DNA from: a virus
IMG/VR virus record: IMGVR_UViG_3300020156_000023
Location: 1-64,000 of that record
Length of the DNA: 64,000 nt
Reading direction: 5' to 3' (one strand)
The position numbers and the translations under genes were made by a program. Shown one piece after another: positions 49,738 through 59,100 of the stretch. The first letter of the stretch is position 1. The number at the start of each line of letters is the position of its first letter. Under the pieces are notes generated by a model. The model searched no databases and was not told where the DNA came from. It saw only the letters and a list, made by a program, of their open reading frames with translations.

Positions 49738-50310
49738 TTATAAATATTTTAATGAAGTTTTATTTTTCCTTAAACCAGACATATAACCTCTAAGTGTTCC
49801 ATAATTCAAATTTAAATCCTTAGCTGCGTAAGATAATGACTCATATATAACACCAGTATTTTCATCTATAACTTTCTTTGCTCTTGATTCAAATAATTTT
49901 TTCTTCATATATTCTGACATAGTTCTTTTTCTATTACTATCAGCTATTTTATTTTTGGTTTCTTGGCTAAGTTTTTTACCTGTATTTATTGTTCTTAATT
50001 TTTCTTTAGTGTAATTAGATACAACTTTACCAGTAGAACCTTCTCCACCATTAGTAAGGTTTACTAAATAACCAGTATTTAAATTTCTCCTCCCATATAA
50101 AGAAATCAAGAATTCTTCTAGTTCACAAGCACTGTCCCAATCTAAATTTGTTTGTATAATCTCTACACTATAACCATATTTATTAACAACCTTATTCCAC
50201 AAATTGTTTCTACCTTCTTTTATATAGGGTCTTTTTTCACCTCCAATTCCTATATAAAATACCTTATTAGTAACTAATGTTCTGTGTCTATATACTACTA
50301 TATTTTCCAT
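49738..50310 (-). mobile_element. Free-standing GIY-YIG-like homing endonuclease with NUMOD-type DNA-binding repeats
   Basis: VYRH...FYIGIG..KR, NLTNGGEG, SQETKNKI repeats, C-terminal IYESLSYAAKDL helix-turn-helix; AT-rich insert among structural genes. Confidence 0.8.
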
Positions 50311-50769
50311 CTACTTAATTAAATATTCTTTTCCACTCCTTATCCTATCCTTTAAAGCCCTCTTATTAGTTCTTGTCATTCTAAGATTAAATAGAGTCTT
50401 ATTAGGTAACAAGACTCTCCTTTTAGACCAGAAGAACTTATATCTTATACCATTAGTCTCTTCATTAAAATGATATACTAACTGCTTCTTTTCTTTAGCT
50501 TCTGTATCAGAGTCCCATAACTCTTTAGTCTTAGCCCAATCAGGGGCTAATCCTTTAATACTATCTCCATCTAAAACTATCTTAGACTTCTTACCCTGTA
50601 TATGTAAACTACCTAATCTCTCAGGTATTATAATCTCTCCCCTTTCAAATAACTTATTTATAAGGAATTTCATAAATCCTTTAACTATAGAAAGGTATTG
50701 TTTTACATCTATAGGATTCTCAGAGTTAGCTTGATATATCTTATATGTATCTCTTAAGTTATAGTGCAT
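50311..50769 (-). CDS. IHF/HU-like DNA-binding protein (conserved crAss-like gene)
   Basis: IIIPERLGSLHI strand pattern, PDWAKTK and YHFNE; canonical position between ring proteins. Confidence 0.7.
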   Translation of the reverse strand: MHYNLRDTYKIYQANSENPIDVKQYLSIVKGFMKFLINKLFERGEIIIPERLGSLHIQGKKSKIVLDGDSIKGLAPDWAKTKELWDSDTEAKEKKQLVYHFNEETNGIRYKFFWSKRRVLLPNKTLFNLRMTRTNKRALKDRIRSGKEYLIK

Positions 50770-50770
50770 A

Positions 50771-51469
50771 TTATTTGCTTTGTTCTCTTAAACTATCTCT
50801 TGTATTATTAGTCTGGTCTTCCTGGCTCTGAGAGAATAGTATGACTAGCTCATTTATAGTAAGCTCAATCATTGCATCTATAAGGTCATTATCTATTGGA
50901 AAATCCTGCTCTAAATAATCTATACAGTTGTTACAATCCTCACAGTCACATAAACCTTTAAATTGAGATGCTTCTATAGGGTCTTCAAATAGAGCTACTA
51001 TAGATATAGCCTTAAGATTTTGTGTTGAAGTTACATATAAATATCCATTGTGTAGGAAGTAATTCATCTTCTTTGATGTATACTTATTACCTTTCTGAGC
51101 ATTCACAGCATTTAAGGTAACCTCATCTATCTTAATTCCTCTATCCATTGTAGATACTGTCTGTATAAGTGAACCATTTAATCCTGTTAGAGGCTCAGGT
51201 AACTTATATTTAGTTCTCAGAATCTTACAACCTAATGGTGGTACGCAAGGACAATCATGTGGTGGTACTAATTCTAACTCTACACAAGGTAGTACCTGAT
51301 AGTTCCACTGTGATATCTTTTGCTTTTTCTTAGCTTCTTGTGAAATAAGCCTTGACCTTACAGTTAAAAGCTTGTTATATATATGTCTGTTAGTAAGCCT
51401 GGAATCATCAGATTTAACACCCTTACTATAGAGACTTTGTACTCTCTGTAAAATATCTTTTAATTTCAT
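50771..51469 (-). CDS. Tail ring/adaptor protein
   Basis: SDDSRL..RHI...R..LI.Q, LFEDP and FPID motifs; position in the tail module. Confidence 0.65.
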   Translation of the reverse strand: MKLKDILQRVQSLYSKGVKSDDSRLTNRHIYNKLLTVRSRLISQEAKKKQKISQWNYQVLPCVELELVPPHDCPCVPPLGCKILRTKYKLPEPLTGLNGSLIQTVSTMDRGIKIDEVTLNAVNAQKGNKYTSKKMNYFLHNGYLYVTSTQNLKAISIVALFEDPIEASQFKGLCDCEDCNNCIDYLEQDFPIDNDLIDAMIELTINELVILFSQSQEDQTNNTRDSLREQSK

Positions 51470-51738
51470 ATCATATTAAAATTTTTCATTAGATATAATA
51501 GTTCCTCCTCATTTCTACAAGAACCTTTATAACATACTTCCCATTCAAAAGAATTTCTTTCATAAGCTTCCATAGTAATATATCTATCAAAATCTACGAA
51601 ATTCAATCTATAATCAAGAGGTCTATTAGAATACTCATCTACATAAATCTCATTCTTAACAGGCCACTCATACCAGAAAGCTCCTATATGTGTCCATCCT
51701 AAAGATATTATTTTATTTCTTGCTTCTACTACATTCAT
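51466..51738 (-). CDS. Hypothetical protein
   Basis: 90 aa, coupled to its neighbours. Confidence 0.55.
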   Translation of the reverse strand: MNVVEARNKIISLGWTHIGAFWYEWPVKNEIYVDEYSNRPLDYRLNFVDFDRYITMEAYERNSFEWEVCYKGSCRNEEELLYLMKNFNMI

Positions 51739-51740
51739 AC

Positions 51741-52466
51741 TTATCCTCTTTTAGCAGTTAGTTCTTGTAAAAGTAATCCAGTTAAATCTTCAGTTTTGAA
51801 TACCTCATAAGTACCATTAGGTTTAAGCCATATAATCTTTCTTGACTCAACTTCAAATCCACATTGTTCAAATAAGATTTGATATAGTGAAAGCTGTAGC
51901 TGATATTTATTATAAGGACAATCTATAAGGAAATCAAATGGAGGTAACATTTTCTTACCTTTATAATTCTTGAACAAGTCAATATTTGTCTTGTAATCAG
52001 CTATAATAAACTTACCAGTTTTTGTATTATATAATACAATATCTGTTGTTCCTGCTAATCCAAAAGCTTCAGAATACATCTGTAGTTCAAACAAAAAAGG
52101 TTCTATGTAGTCTGGGATATTATCCCAAAAACTAACTATAGAAGCCTCATGTCCATTTGTAGCTATTTGCCCTGTAGTGTAATTCTCTCCAAATGCATGT
52201 ACAGAAGTACCTCTGTCACAAGCTGCATTTTTCTTATCTTCCCACTCTTGTAATATCATTTCTTTGGTATATAATATACCTTCTTCTTTTGTTCTTTTAA
52301 TTGCTACAAACCCTGCTATTTTATCAGCATCAAAAGGTTCTACATATTTCTTTATAAGGCTGGAAACAGAGCTAAGGCTCTTGTTCCCAACTTTATAAGA
52401 ATGACTTTCAGGATTAAATTGTAATCCCTGAAAGTAGTTTTTTATTTTATTCTTTAATTCATCCAT
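51741..52466 (-). CDS. PD-(D/E)XK exonuclease
   Basis: SVSSLI, RGTSVH, AGTTD, IADYKTN and YQLQLSLY motifs. Confidence 0.85.
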   Translation of the reverse strand: MDELKNKIKNYFQGLQFNPESHSYKVGNKSLSSVSSLIKKYVEPFDADKIAGFVAIKRTKEEGILYTKEMILQEWEDKKNAACDRGTSVHAFGENYTTGQIATNGHEASIVSFWDNIPDYIEPFLFELQMYSEAFGLAGTTDIVLYNTKTGKFIIADYKTNIDLFKNYKGKKMLPPFDFLIDCPYNKYQLQLSLYQILFEQCGFEVESRKIIWLKPNGTYEVFKTEDLTGLLLQELTAKRG

Positions 52467-53476
52467 TACATTTTTAAGTATTGTGAATTAGTTATCTTAA
52501 ACAAATGTCCATCCTCCTTACATCTCATAATTCTATGAATAGTTCCAGAAGGAGCTACTGTTGTCTTAAATAATTCTGTATTATTACCACCACATATTGG
52601 ACAGGTTGTTCTTTCTAATCCCATAGTTACTCCTGCATGTATTGGATGTTTTAGGTATTTCCTCATCCTTAAATAAACATCCTCAGTAACTACTATATCC
52701 TGTACATTGTAGTCTATCATTAATTCCATTGCCTCTCTAGCTTCTTTCTTAGTTCCATATTGGATAGCTTCCCACATTGCTAAACCAGAGTGCTGTAATT
52801 TAGTTTCAAGTCCTAAGTACCTTGCAATATAGTTCATTGAGTATGAAGGCAACCTGAACAACCTCTTAGCTTCCTTCATAAGGTCAAGAGACTTAACATG
52901 TGTGTTTACTTCTAAGTTGTGTTTAAGAGCCCTTGAATTAATGTACCTGTTGTCAAATTTGTCATTATTAAATCCTATAACATAATCTGCTTCATTGTAA
53001 ACTTCTAAAAACCTCTTAAGTAATTTCTTATCAGATTGCTTCTTATTCCACTTTAAGTGATGAACTTTATCTTCACCTAACCACTTATAAGCTACTGTAA
53101 TGATTCTAGGCTCTGAGGTTATGGAGTTACCATTTAAGTATTGTTGTCCACTCCACCATACATTAGCTTCCATTCTTGCAGTTTCTATATCATAGATAAG
53201 AATCTTAGGTTGAGGTCTTGAAACACTGAGAGTAAGAATGGTTTCAGGTTCTGTATCAGATTGTACTTGTGAAAGATTTATATTTGTTTCTTCAGAAAGC
53301 CTTTGATATTTTCTCCAAATATCATTAGCTGCTGTTCTTCTTTGTTTAGTACTACCTGAAGGTTTTATTCCAAAAGCATATGCTAATGTAATCCAGTTTT
53401 GATTTCTTCCATTCTGTAGGATATATTGAACCATATCCCATTCATTACTTTCAAATTTGTCTTGTAATTGTATCAT
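52466..53476 (-). CDS. RNase H-fold (DnaQ-like) exonuclease with C-terminal Zn ribbon
   Basis: YDIET, FNNDKFD and YNVQD motifs; CPICG...C..DGH. Confidence 0.85.
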   Translation of the reverse strand: MIQLQDKFESNEWDMVQYILQNGRNQNWITLAYAFGIKPSGSTKQRRTAANDIWRKYQRLSEETNINLSQVQSDTEPETILTLSVSRPQPKILIYDIETARMEANVWWSGQQYLNGNSITSEPRIITVAYKWLGEDKVHHLKWNKKQSDKKLLKRFLEVYNEADYVIGFNNDKFDNRYINSRALKHNLEVNTHVKSLDLMKEAKRLFRLPSYSMNYIARYLGLETKLQHSGLAMWEAIQYGTKKEAREAMELMIDYNVQDIVVTEDVYLRMRKYLKHPIHAGVTMGLERTTCPICGGNNTELFKTTVAPSGTIHRIMRCKEDGHLFKITNSQYLKM

Positions 53477-53479
53477 ATA

Positions 53480-53541
53480 AAAATAGTTTTAACTCCTGCA
53501 AAGTTAAAACTATTTTCTGACATTTTAGCTATATAGCTAAA
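53480..53541. repeat. 15-bp inverted repeat (53480-53516) plus 18-bp perfect palindrome (53524-53541)
   Basis: AAAATAGTTTTAACT-N7-AGTTAAAACTATTTT and TTTAGCTATATAGCTAAA. Confidence 0.85.
53499..53506 (-). promoter_or_regulatory. Bacteroidota sigma70 -7 box embedded in a 15-bp inverted repeat
   Basis: TAACTTTG(CA) on the - strand, 22 nt upstream of ATG 53476. Confidence 0.65.
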
Positions 53542-53545
53542 TTAT

Positions 53546-53758
53546 TTATACTATTTCTTCCCAACTTACTACTCCATCAGTAGATACTAGTTGGAAATTA
53601 CCTGTTTCAGGAGGTTCTGGTAGTCTGCTATCTGGAACAGCCCCAATAGCTTCTGGAGTAATATCTTCAATCTGAAGATTGTACTTAGCTCCAAATAAAA
53701 GAAGTTTAATTATTTTTTCAACTTCATTAGGATTTTTTAGCTTAGCTTGTAAGTTCAT
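53546..53758 (-). CDS. Small hypothetical, possibly virion protein
   Basis: 70 aa; C-terminal LP.PP..G.F.L....G.VSW motif. Confidence 0.6.
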   Translation of the reverse strand: MNLQAKLKNPNEVEKIIKLLLFGAKYNLQIEDITPEAIGAVPDSRLPEPPETGNFQLVSTDGVVSWEEIV

Positions 53759-53784
53759 GTGTTTGGTTTTGGTTTGTTAAATAT

Positions 53785-54150
53785 TTATTTTTTCTCATTC
53801 ATGGCCTTATACTCTATAAATTCTGTTTTAAGAGCATAATAGTCAGTTTTTAATTTGTCATACTCAACCAGGAGTACTGCATACTTAGTTCTTTCTGTAG
53901 ATAATTCCTGGGTTACCTGAGTCAATCTTACTTTAACTTCATTGAGTTCTTCCTTGATATCATTGTATCTTGAAAGAGAATCCTCAGTGAACCTATCATA
54001 AGCTTCTTGCATTGATTTGAGAGCATCTGTAGATAATTGCTTTTCTTCAATCTTTCTCTTCCTCCTCTCATTAATATAAGCAAAGAGAGAACCTCCCCCA
54101 AATAAACCAGTTATTATACTAAATAGATTTTCTAATAACCATTCTTTCAT
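53785..54150 (-). CDS. Holin-like membrane protein
   Basis: Single N-terminal hydrophobic helix, basic RRKRK stretch, long coiled coil. Confidence 0.5.
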   Translation of the reverse strand: MKEWLLENLFSIITGLFGGGSLFAYINERRKRKIEEKQLSTDALKSMQEAYDRFTEDSLSRYNDIKEELNEVKVRLTQVTQELSTERTKYAVLLVEYDKLKTDYYALKTEFIEYKAMNEKK

Positions 54151-54174
54151 TTTTATGTTTCCTTTCTTATATCA

Positions 54175-54399
54175 TTAACAATCATCACACTCTAAGGGAC
54201 AATGCTCTACTTCTTCAAATTCTACAGCAGACTCAGGAAATATATTGTTATATGCAGTTATAGGTAATATACTTGTAATCCAATTATAATTACAGTCTGG
54301 TACACAATTTATGTGAGTTGAAGTACCATATTCAGGTACATAAACTCTTACATCTTGTATCTGGTCTTTTACTTGTTGTGTTACTAATGCTACTATCAT
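54175..54399 (-). CDS. Hypothetical protein
   Basis: 74 aa, coupled to the upstream gene. Confidence 0.55.
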   Translation of the reverse strand: MIVALVTQQVKDQIQDVRVYVPEYGTSTHINCVPDCNYNWITSILPITAYNNIFPESAVEFEEVEHCPLECDDC

Positions 54400-55205
54400 T
54401 ATGCTACTGGTGTTAATCCTACTCTTTGTAAGAAGTTATTATAAGATGTTCTGAATACTTGAGATTGTGCATAACTAATAGCACCACCTAAGAAATAACA
54501 GGATATTGTACTGGTTCCATAACCTGCTGCACCTGACCTGAGTATTAGCTGCTGTTCTGATGCTACGCTGGTTGAGGCTGCAATTCTATCCATTTGAATA
54601 TTCTTATTAATAAGCATCACATTAGTGTTATCACTTCTGCTTATCATCTTAAACCCATTTTGCGACATGTCAGCTTGTAAATTAAGATTGTCACTATTAA
54701 TCCTATGAGTAACTCCATTACTTAAAAATAGTCTGTTTAATGCAGCAACTTGTCCGTCAAATGAATTATCGGTATTGTCGTATATATATACGACCCCACC
54801 CCTGCAAGCATCGTTTAACGTATAGTTATTAGTTCCAACAGTAGGATTAAATGTAGTATTTACGAAAGCATCTGAGTTATTTCCAGATATTCCTGAAGGC
54901 CAATAATTAAGTCCTCCATGATTAATAGCTAATGGTCCAGTTGGGTTCTTCCAATTAATTAAACTTATATCCCATAGATTCAATCCATCATGTTCTCCAT
55001 AAGCAAAATTAAAAAATAAATCTAACTTATTCCATATACCATTATCTATCATCCTTCTAATAAGAACATCACAAGCCACTTGTGCTGTATAACTTGGAAG
55101 GTCAAATAGTTCAGCCTCTGCCCTGGTTTTAATAGCAATCCACTCAGGAGTAAATTCATACTCTGGTATTGAAGTTACTATACTATGCGTTATTGGTTTT
55201 ATCAT
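54399..55205 (-). CDS. Fibre-associated beta-rich protein
   Basis: Likely start is ATG 55205 (ATGA overlap with the fibre gene); GIWNKLD...LINWKNP motif; locally CpG-rich. Confidence 0.55.
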   Translation of the reverse strand: MIKPITHSIVTSIPEYEFTPEWIAIKTRAEAELFDLPSYTAQVACDVLIRRMIDNGIWNKLDLFFNFAYGEHDGLNLWDISLINWKNPTGPLAINHGGLNYWPSGISGNNSDAFVNTTFNPTVGTNNYTLNDACRGGVVYIYDNTDNSFDGQVAALNRLFLSNGVTHRINSDNLNLQADMSQNGFKMISRSDNTNVMLINKNIQMDRIAASTSVASEQQLILRSGAAGYGTSTISCYFLGGAISYAQSQVFRTSYNNFLQRVGLTPVA

Positions 55206-58200
55206 GGTTTGAAATTTCCTGTTAGTACCCATTCATCTTCAGCTCTTTTGTAGAGAGCTACTACATCCCATTGGTTACTTATCCTGTAGAAACCACTTGC
55301 TTGCTTTAATGAAACTCCTCCTTCACCAACTATCTCTATTTCTCCTTCTCCTACTCTTGTAACAAGTAATTGTGTTCCAACAGGGAAGTTTACACTAGCA
55401 TCTTCTGGTACAGTTACTATTGTATCAAGAGCAGACTCTATCTCTAATACTCTCCCTTCATCTCCTGCAATGAAAGTATAACTATCAGTTTTAAGGTGAG
55501 GATTAAGATTAGAAGAATTTACAGCATTATCTACATATTCCTTATCTACTAAGGACCTGTCTGTATAAGAGGCTGAATAATCTTCAACATATCTAATACC
55601 ACCTGTTTTTATCTCATTAAAATCCTGCACAGTTATACCGCCTGGTACAGTTCCCATTGCTATTTGTATATCACCAGAAGTAATTGCAATATCTCCGCTT
55701 CCACCATTAATAGATATTCCTTGCACTCCACCATCTATTGTTACTCCTTTAGAATAACCTGCAATAGTAATTCCTACCCCTGCATCTCCCCATATTGCTC
55801 CATTACTTCCATTAGTTATATTAAAACCAAAACCCGCAGTATCTATATTAAAAGGAGATGTAATAGTAGCTTCACTACCATTATCTAATACATCTTGTAA
55901 ATCTTGACTTGAAGAAGAAATTGTATTGTCTACATATTCTTTATCAACAAGAGACCTATTAGTAAAATTAGCAGAATAATTATCCTGATAACCTGCAATA
56001 GTATGGAATGTTACAGACTGTTCAGTTGTTTCTCCATACAGGTTCATTCCTGCACTGATGTACATATCAGTCTCCCCTGTTATTGTAATACCTGTTGTAC
56101 CCCCATTAATACTAATACCCCCTGCCTCTCCTGCTAAAGAAACACCAGTAGATGACAGTGATATTGAACCTTTTACATCTGTGTTATTTGCTGATGCAAT
56201 AACTACAGATGTAACTACTCCTGTAGCTATACTACCATTTGTTAGTACACCTTGTAAATCCTGTCCTGCAGAGCTTATAGCATTACTAACCCATTCTTTT
56301 GTTGTAACAGCTTTACCATCTGCACCATCTATTAATGTATTAGTTACACTTGGAAGCCTTAATAGACCATTCTTTAATAATGTAAAAGCATCACTCTTAT
56401 TAGTACTGTCTGTTCCATTACCATAATTTACAAGTCTATCTGTTCCTACTACTTCCGTAGTACTTGCTGCTGTATATATAGTCCCCCAAGCTCCACCTGC
56501 ATGTTCAGCGTAAGACATTGCTTCATTACCTTGCCCTTGTGCATGAGAAGCTACTCCATGTGCTTCTGTATTTGCACCCTCAGTATGAGAATACATACCA
56601 ATTGCATCTGTGTGTTCTCCTTCTGCATGTGACCAATCTCCTGTAGCTGTATTCTGTTGTCCTTCAACGTGAGCACAATTTCCTGAAGCTATGTTATTAG
56701 TTCCTTCAGCATGTGAAGATACTCCTGATGCTATTGTATTAAATCCTTCTGCATGTGATTGCATCCCTTCTGCTCTCGTAGTATTTCCTTCTGAGTGTGA
56801 GTAGTTTCCAATAGCTTTAGTTAAATATCCTTCTGCATGAGTAGCTATTCCTGTAGATTCAGTACTAAACCCTTCAGCATGAGATTGTGCTCCAGAAGCT
56901 AATGTGAATTGACCTTGTGCATGTGACTCTTTACCTGTTGCTCTTGTATTTGTACCTTCTGCATAAGAAGATTCCCCCATAGCACCCATAGCTAAGATTC
57001 CTTCAGCTACAGTGCTATTACTTAAATCTGTAGCATTTAATCCTATATTACCATATTTAGTTGCATCTCTACCTTTGAATCTCCAACCTATACCATTACC
57101 TTCATTAATAGCTATTAGTCCTGATATAGCACTATATACTCCTCCTGAAGTAACAAGGTTTGTACTTCCTTCTATTGGAAGTGAATCAATAGGATAATCC
57201 CAAGACATACCTGTAACTCCAGCTTTTTGGTGTAAACCAACAAACCAGAAATTACCATTAAGATGTGCTAAAGCTTTATTTGATACCCTGAAACTACCTG
57301 ACCTAGACAAGGAGAAATCCATCTCATCAGATGCAGTCATTACTTGATTCCCACTTGAATCAAGGAACTTAATAAATACTTGGGTGGCTGTTTGTGAAAC
57401 AACTACAGGTGTTAATGTGCTTCCATTTCTAGGTTTAACATCAATAAAATCATTTCCACTTTGAAAAGGATAAGCACTCGCTGTTATTCTTAGTTCTCCC
57501 GTAGTGGTATTGAATAAGAAAGCAAAGTCATCAGGCCTAACTACATCACCCGCTACAACAGACCATGCACCTGCATTTCTCTCTACAGCAATAGCCATTC
57601 CTGTTTTACCTACTCTGAAAGTAGCCTGAGTTTGATTTATTGAAGCTCCTATTGCGCTTAGTCCATATAAGGCATAATCCTCATCTGGAGTAAAGTTCAT
57701 AGAACCTACAGCATCTACCATATCATAATTAACTCTTCCTTCATAAGAAGCAGGTGTTGTTATACTTACTACATTAATAGGTTGATGTATTACAGCTCCA
57801 CTGCTATTCTCTACAATTACCCACTCATAAACTCCAGGTGTAGTTTCCTGACATCTTACAGTTCCTGCTATTGGGAATATATTAGTTTGTGCAAAAGGTA
57901 AATCTGCTATAGTTTCACTTACATATTCTTCTGTAGCAAAAGGACTTGTACCATCTCCATCATTATTTAATAGAGATGTATTTATATTTCCTCCTTGTGT
58001 AATTACTTCTTCGAAATTGGGTATAAGTATTACAGGATTAGTAGGGTCAGTATTATCTACTAAATCCCCAGTTACAGATAAAACTGCTCCTATAGACAGG
58101 TTATCCAGGTTTTCTATTTGTTGTAAGGTTAAGTGATAGAACTCATTAAGCTCTTCACTACCACCCTGCTTTTCAGAGGTACTGTTATGTTTAAGTGCAC

Positions 58201-58264
58201 TAGGTTCTGCCATAAGGCATTTAACCTGTTTCATTAACCATTGTACTTGTTGATATAATTCCAT
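55202..58264 (-). CDS. Tail/head fibre (receptor-binding candidate) with YadA-like beta-roll repeats
   Basis: Twelve 14-aa SHAEG repeats, neck-like motifs (AVTTKEWV, LVDKEYVD) and a C-terminal FPVGT...WVLTG domain. Confidence 0.8.
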   Translation of the reverse strand: MELYQQVQWLMKQVKCLMAEPSALKHNSTSEKQGGSEELNEFYHLTLQQIENLDNLSIGAVLSVTGDLVDNTDPTNPVILIPNFEEVITQGGNINTSLLNNDGDGTSPFATEEYVSETIADLPFAQTNIFPIAGTVRCQETTPGVYEWVIVENSSGAVIHQPINVVSITTPASYEGRVNYDMVDAVGSMNFTPDEDYALYGLSAIGASINQTQATFRVGKTGMAIAVERNAGAWSVVAGDVVRPDDFAFLFNTTTGELRITASAYPFQSGNDFIDVKPRNGSTLTPVVVSQTATQVFIKFLDSSGNQVMTASDEMDFSLSRSGSFRVSNKALAHLNGNFWFVGLHQKAGVTGMSWDYPIDSLPIEGSTNLVTSGGVYSAISGLIAINEGNGIGWRFKGRDATKYGNIGLNATDLSNSTVAEGILAMGAMGESSYAEGTNTRATGKESHAQGQFTLASGAQSHAEGFSTESTGIATHAEGYLTKAIGNYSHSEGNTTRAEGMQSHAEGFNTIASGVSSHAEGTNNIASGNCAHVEGQQNTATGDWSHAEGEHTDAIGMYSHTEGANTEAHGVASHAQGQGNEAMSYAEHAGGAWGTIYTAASTTEVVGTDRLVNYGNGTDSTNKSDAFTLLKNGLLRLPSVTNTLIDGADGKAVTTKEWVSNAISSAGQDLQGVLTNGSIATGVVTSVVIASANNTDVKGSISLSSTGVSLAGEAGGISINGGTTGITITGETDMYISAGMNLYGETTEQSVTFHTIAGYQDNYSANFTNRSLVDKEYVDNTISSSSQDLQDVLDNGSEATITSPFNIDTAGFGFNITNGSNGAIWGDAGVGITIAGYSKGVTIDGGVQGISINGGSGDIAITSGDIQIAMGTVPGGITVQDFNEIKTGGIRYVEDYSASYTDRSLVDKEYVDNAVNSSNLNPHLKTDSYTFIAGDEGRVLEIESALDTIVTVPEDASVNFPVGTQLLVTRVGEGEIEIVGEGGVSLKQASGFYRISNQWDVVALYKRAEDEWVLTGNFKP
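56490..56980 (-). repeat. Coding tandem repeat, 42-nt/14-aa period (S-H-A-E-G-x9)
   Basis: SYAEG, SHAQG, SHAEG, THAEG, SHSEG, SHAEG, SHAEG, AHVEG, SHAEG, SHTEG, SHAQG, EHAGG. Confidence 0.9.
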
Positions 58265-58292
58265 TTATTATGTATATAAAGTTATTGTTTAT

Positions 58293-59045
58293 TTAACAAG
58301 CTTCCTCTTGTATTGTTTGGTATAATTCTTTCAATTCCTCGAAGTCTATTCCAAACTTTCTCATACATCTTTTAATCTCACAGATATCATATAAGTCATC
58401 TATATACTGCTCTTCAGATTCATCTGAAGCAGAAAAGAACTGTTCAAAATAAAAACCTAAGTAGTATATACTTACAAATTTACTAAACAATTCTAAACTT
58501 CCTGTAAACCTTCCGAAGAAATCTGTGCTATTAACTTGTATACAAAGCTCTTTTTGTATATCACAACTATATAAGTTGGCAGCTCTGTAAATAAAATTAG
58601 CTCTCTTACAGTTCTGACATTGCTCATCTGGGCCTTCATATCCCTTAAGTAAATGATACGTTATCACTTCATTAAAGATATTCTGATATTGTGATAAGTT
58701 TTCTACTCTAGCCTGGGTTACTGAATTACCACATTCTACACAGTTATCTCCACATAAGAATGCTTTGACATCACTTACAATCCTAGTTTCTAATTTAGGG
58801 AAATAGTTAATAGTAAAAGTATCTGTAGGAGTACCTGTACCAGGTACATTAACTACATATATCCCATCTATAGTAAGAGCTAATAGTTTTTCTTCACTTG
58901 CAAGTAAAGTATCTACTACAGGGCTTGGACTATTAGTTTCACAAGTACAACAGTTACCTGCTAATTGTATAGAATATGTAGAACTTGTAACACCAGTGTT
59001 TTCTAGGTAATATTCATTTTTATATTTTCTTAATAAGAATGCCAT
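58293..59045 (-). CDS. Cys-rich structural protein (fibre attachment/hub candidate)
   Basis: Position between the auxiliary capsid gene and the fibre gene; several CxxC motifs. Confidence 0.5.
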   Translation of the reverse strand: MAFLLRKYKNEYYLENTGVTSSTYSIQLAGNCCTCETNSPSPVVDTLLASEEKLLALTIDGIYVVNVPGTGTPTDTFTINYFPKLETRIVSDVKAFLCGDNCVECGNSVTQARVENLSQYQNIFNEVITYHLLKGYEGPDEQCQNCKRANFIYRAANLYSCDIQKELCIQVNSTDFFGRFTGSLELFSKFVSIYYLGFYFEQFFSASDESEEQYIDDLYDICEIKRCMRKFGIDFEELKELYQTIQEEAC

Positions 59046-59060
59046 TTCTTAATTTATATT

Positions 59061-59090
59061 AAATAAAAAGGGGAGCTTGTTGCTCCCCTT
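59061..59090 (-). terminator. Terminator after the auxiliary capsid gene
   Basis: AAGGGGAGC-N5-GCTCCCCTT with a T run on the - strand. Confidence 0.75.
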
Positions 59091-59100
59091 CCTATGGTTA

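Noticed and set aside
56490-56980. Periodic repeats as a CRISPR array or DGR target
   Set aside because: They are degenerate in-frame 14-aa coding repeats with no identical DNA repeats or spacers, and no reverse transcriptase is in the window.
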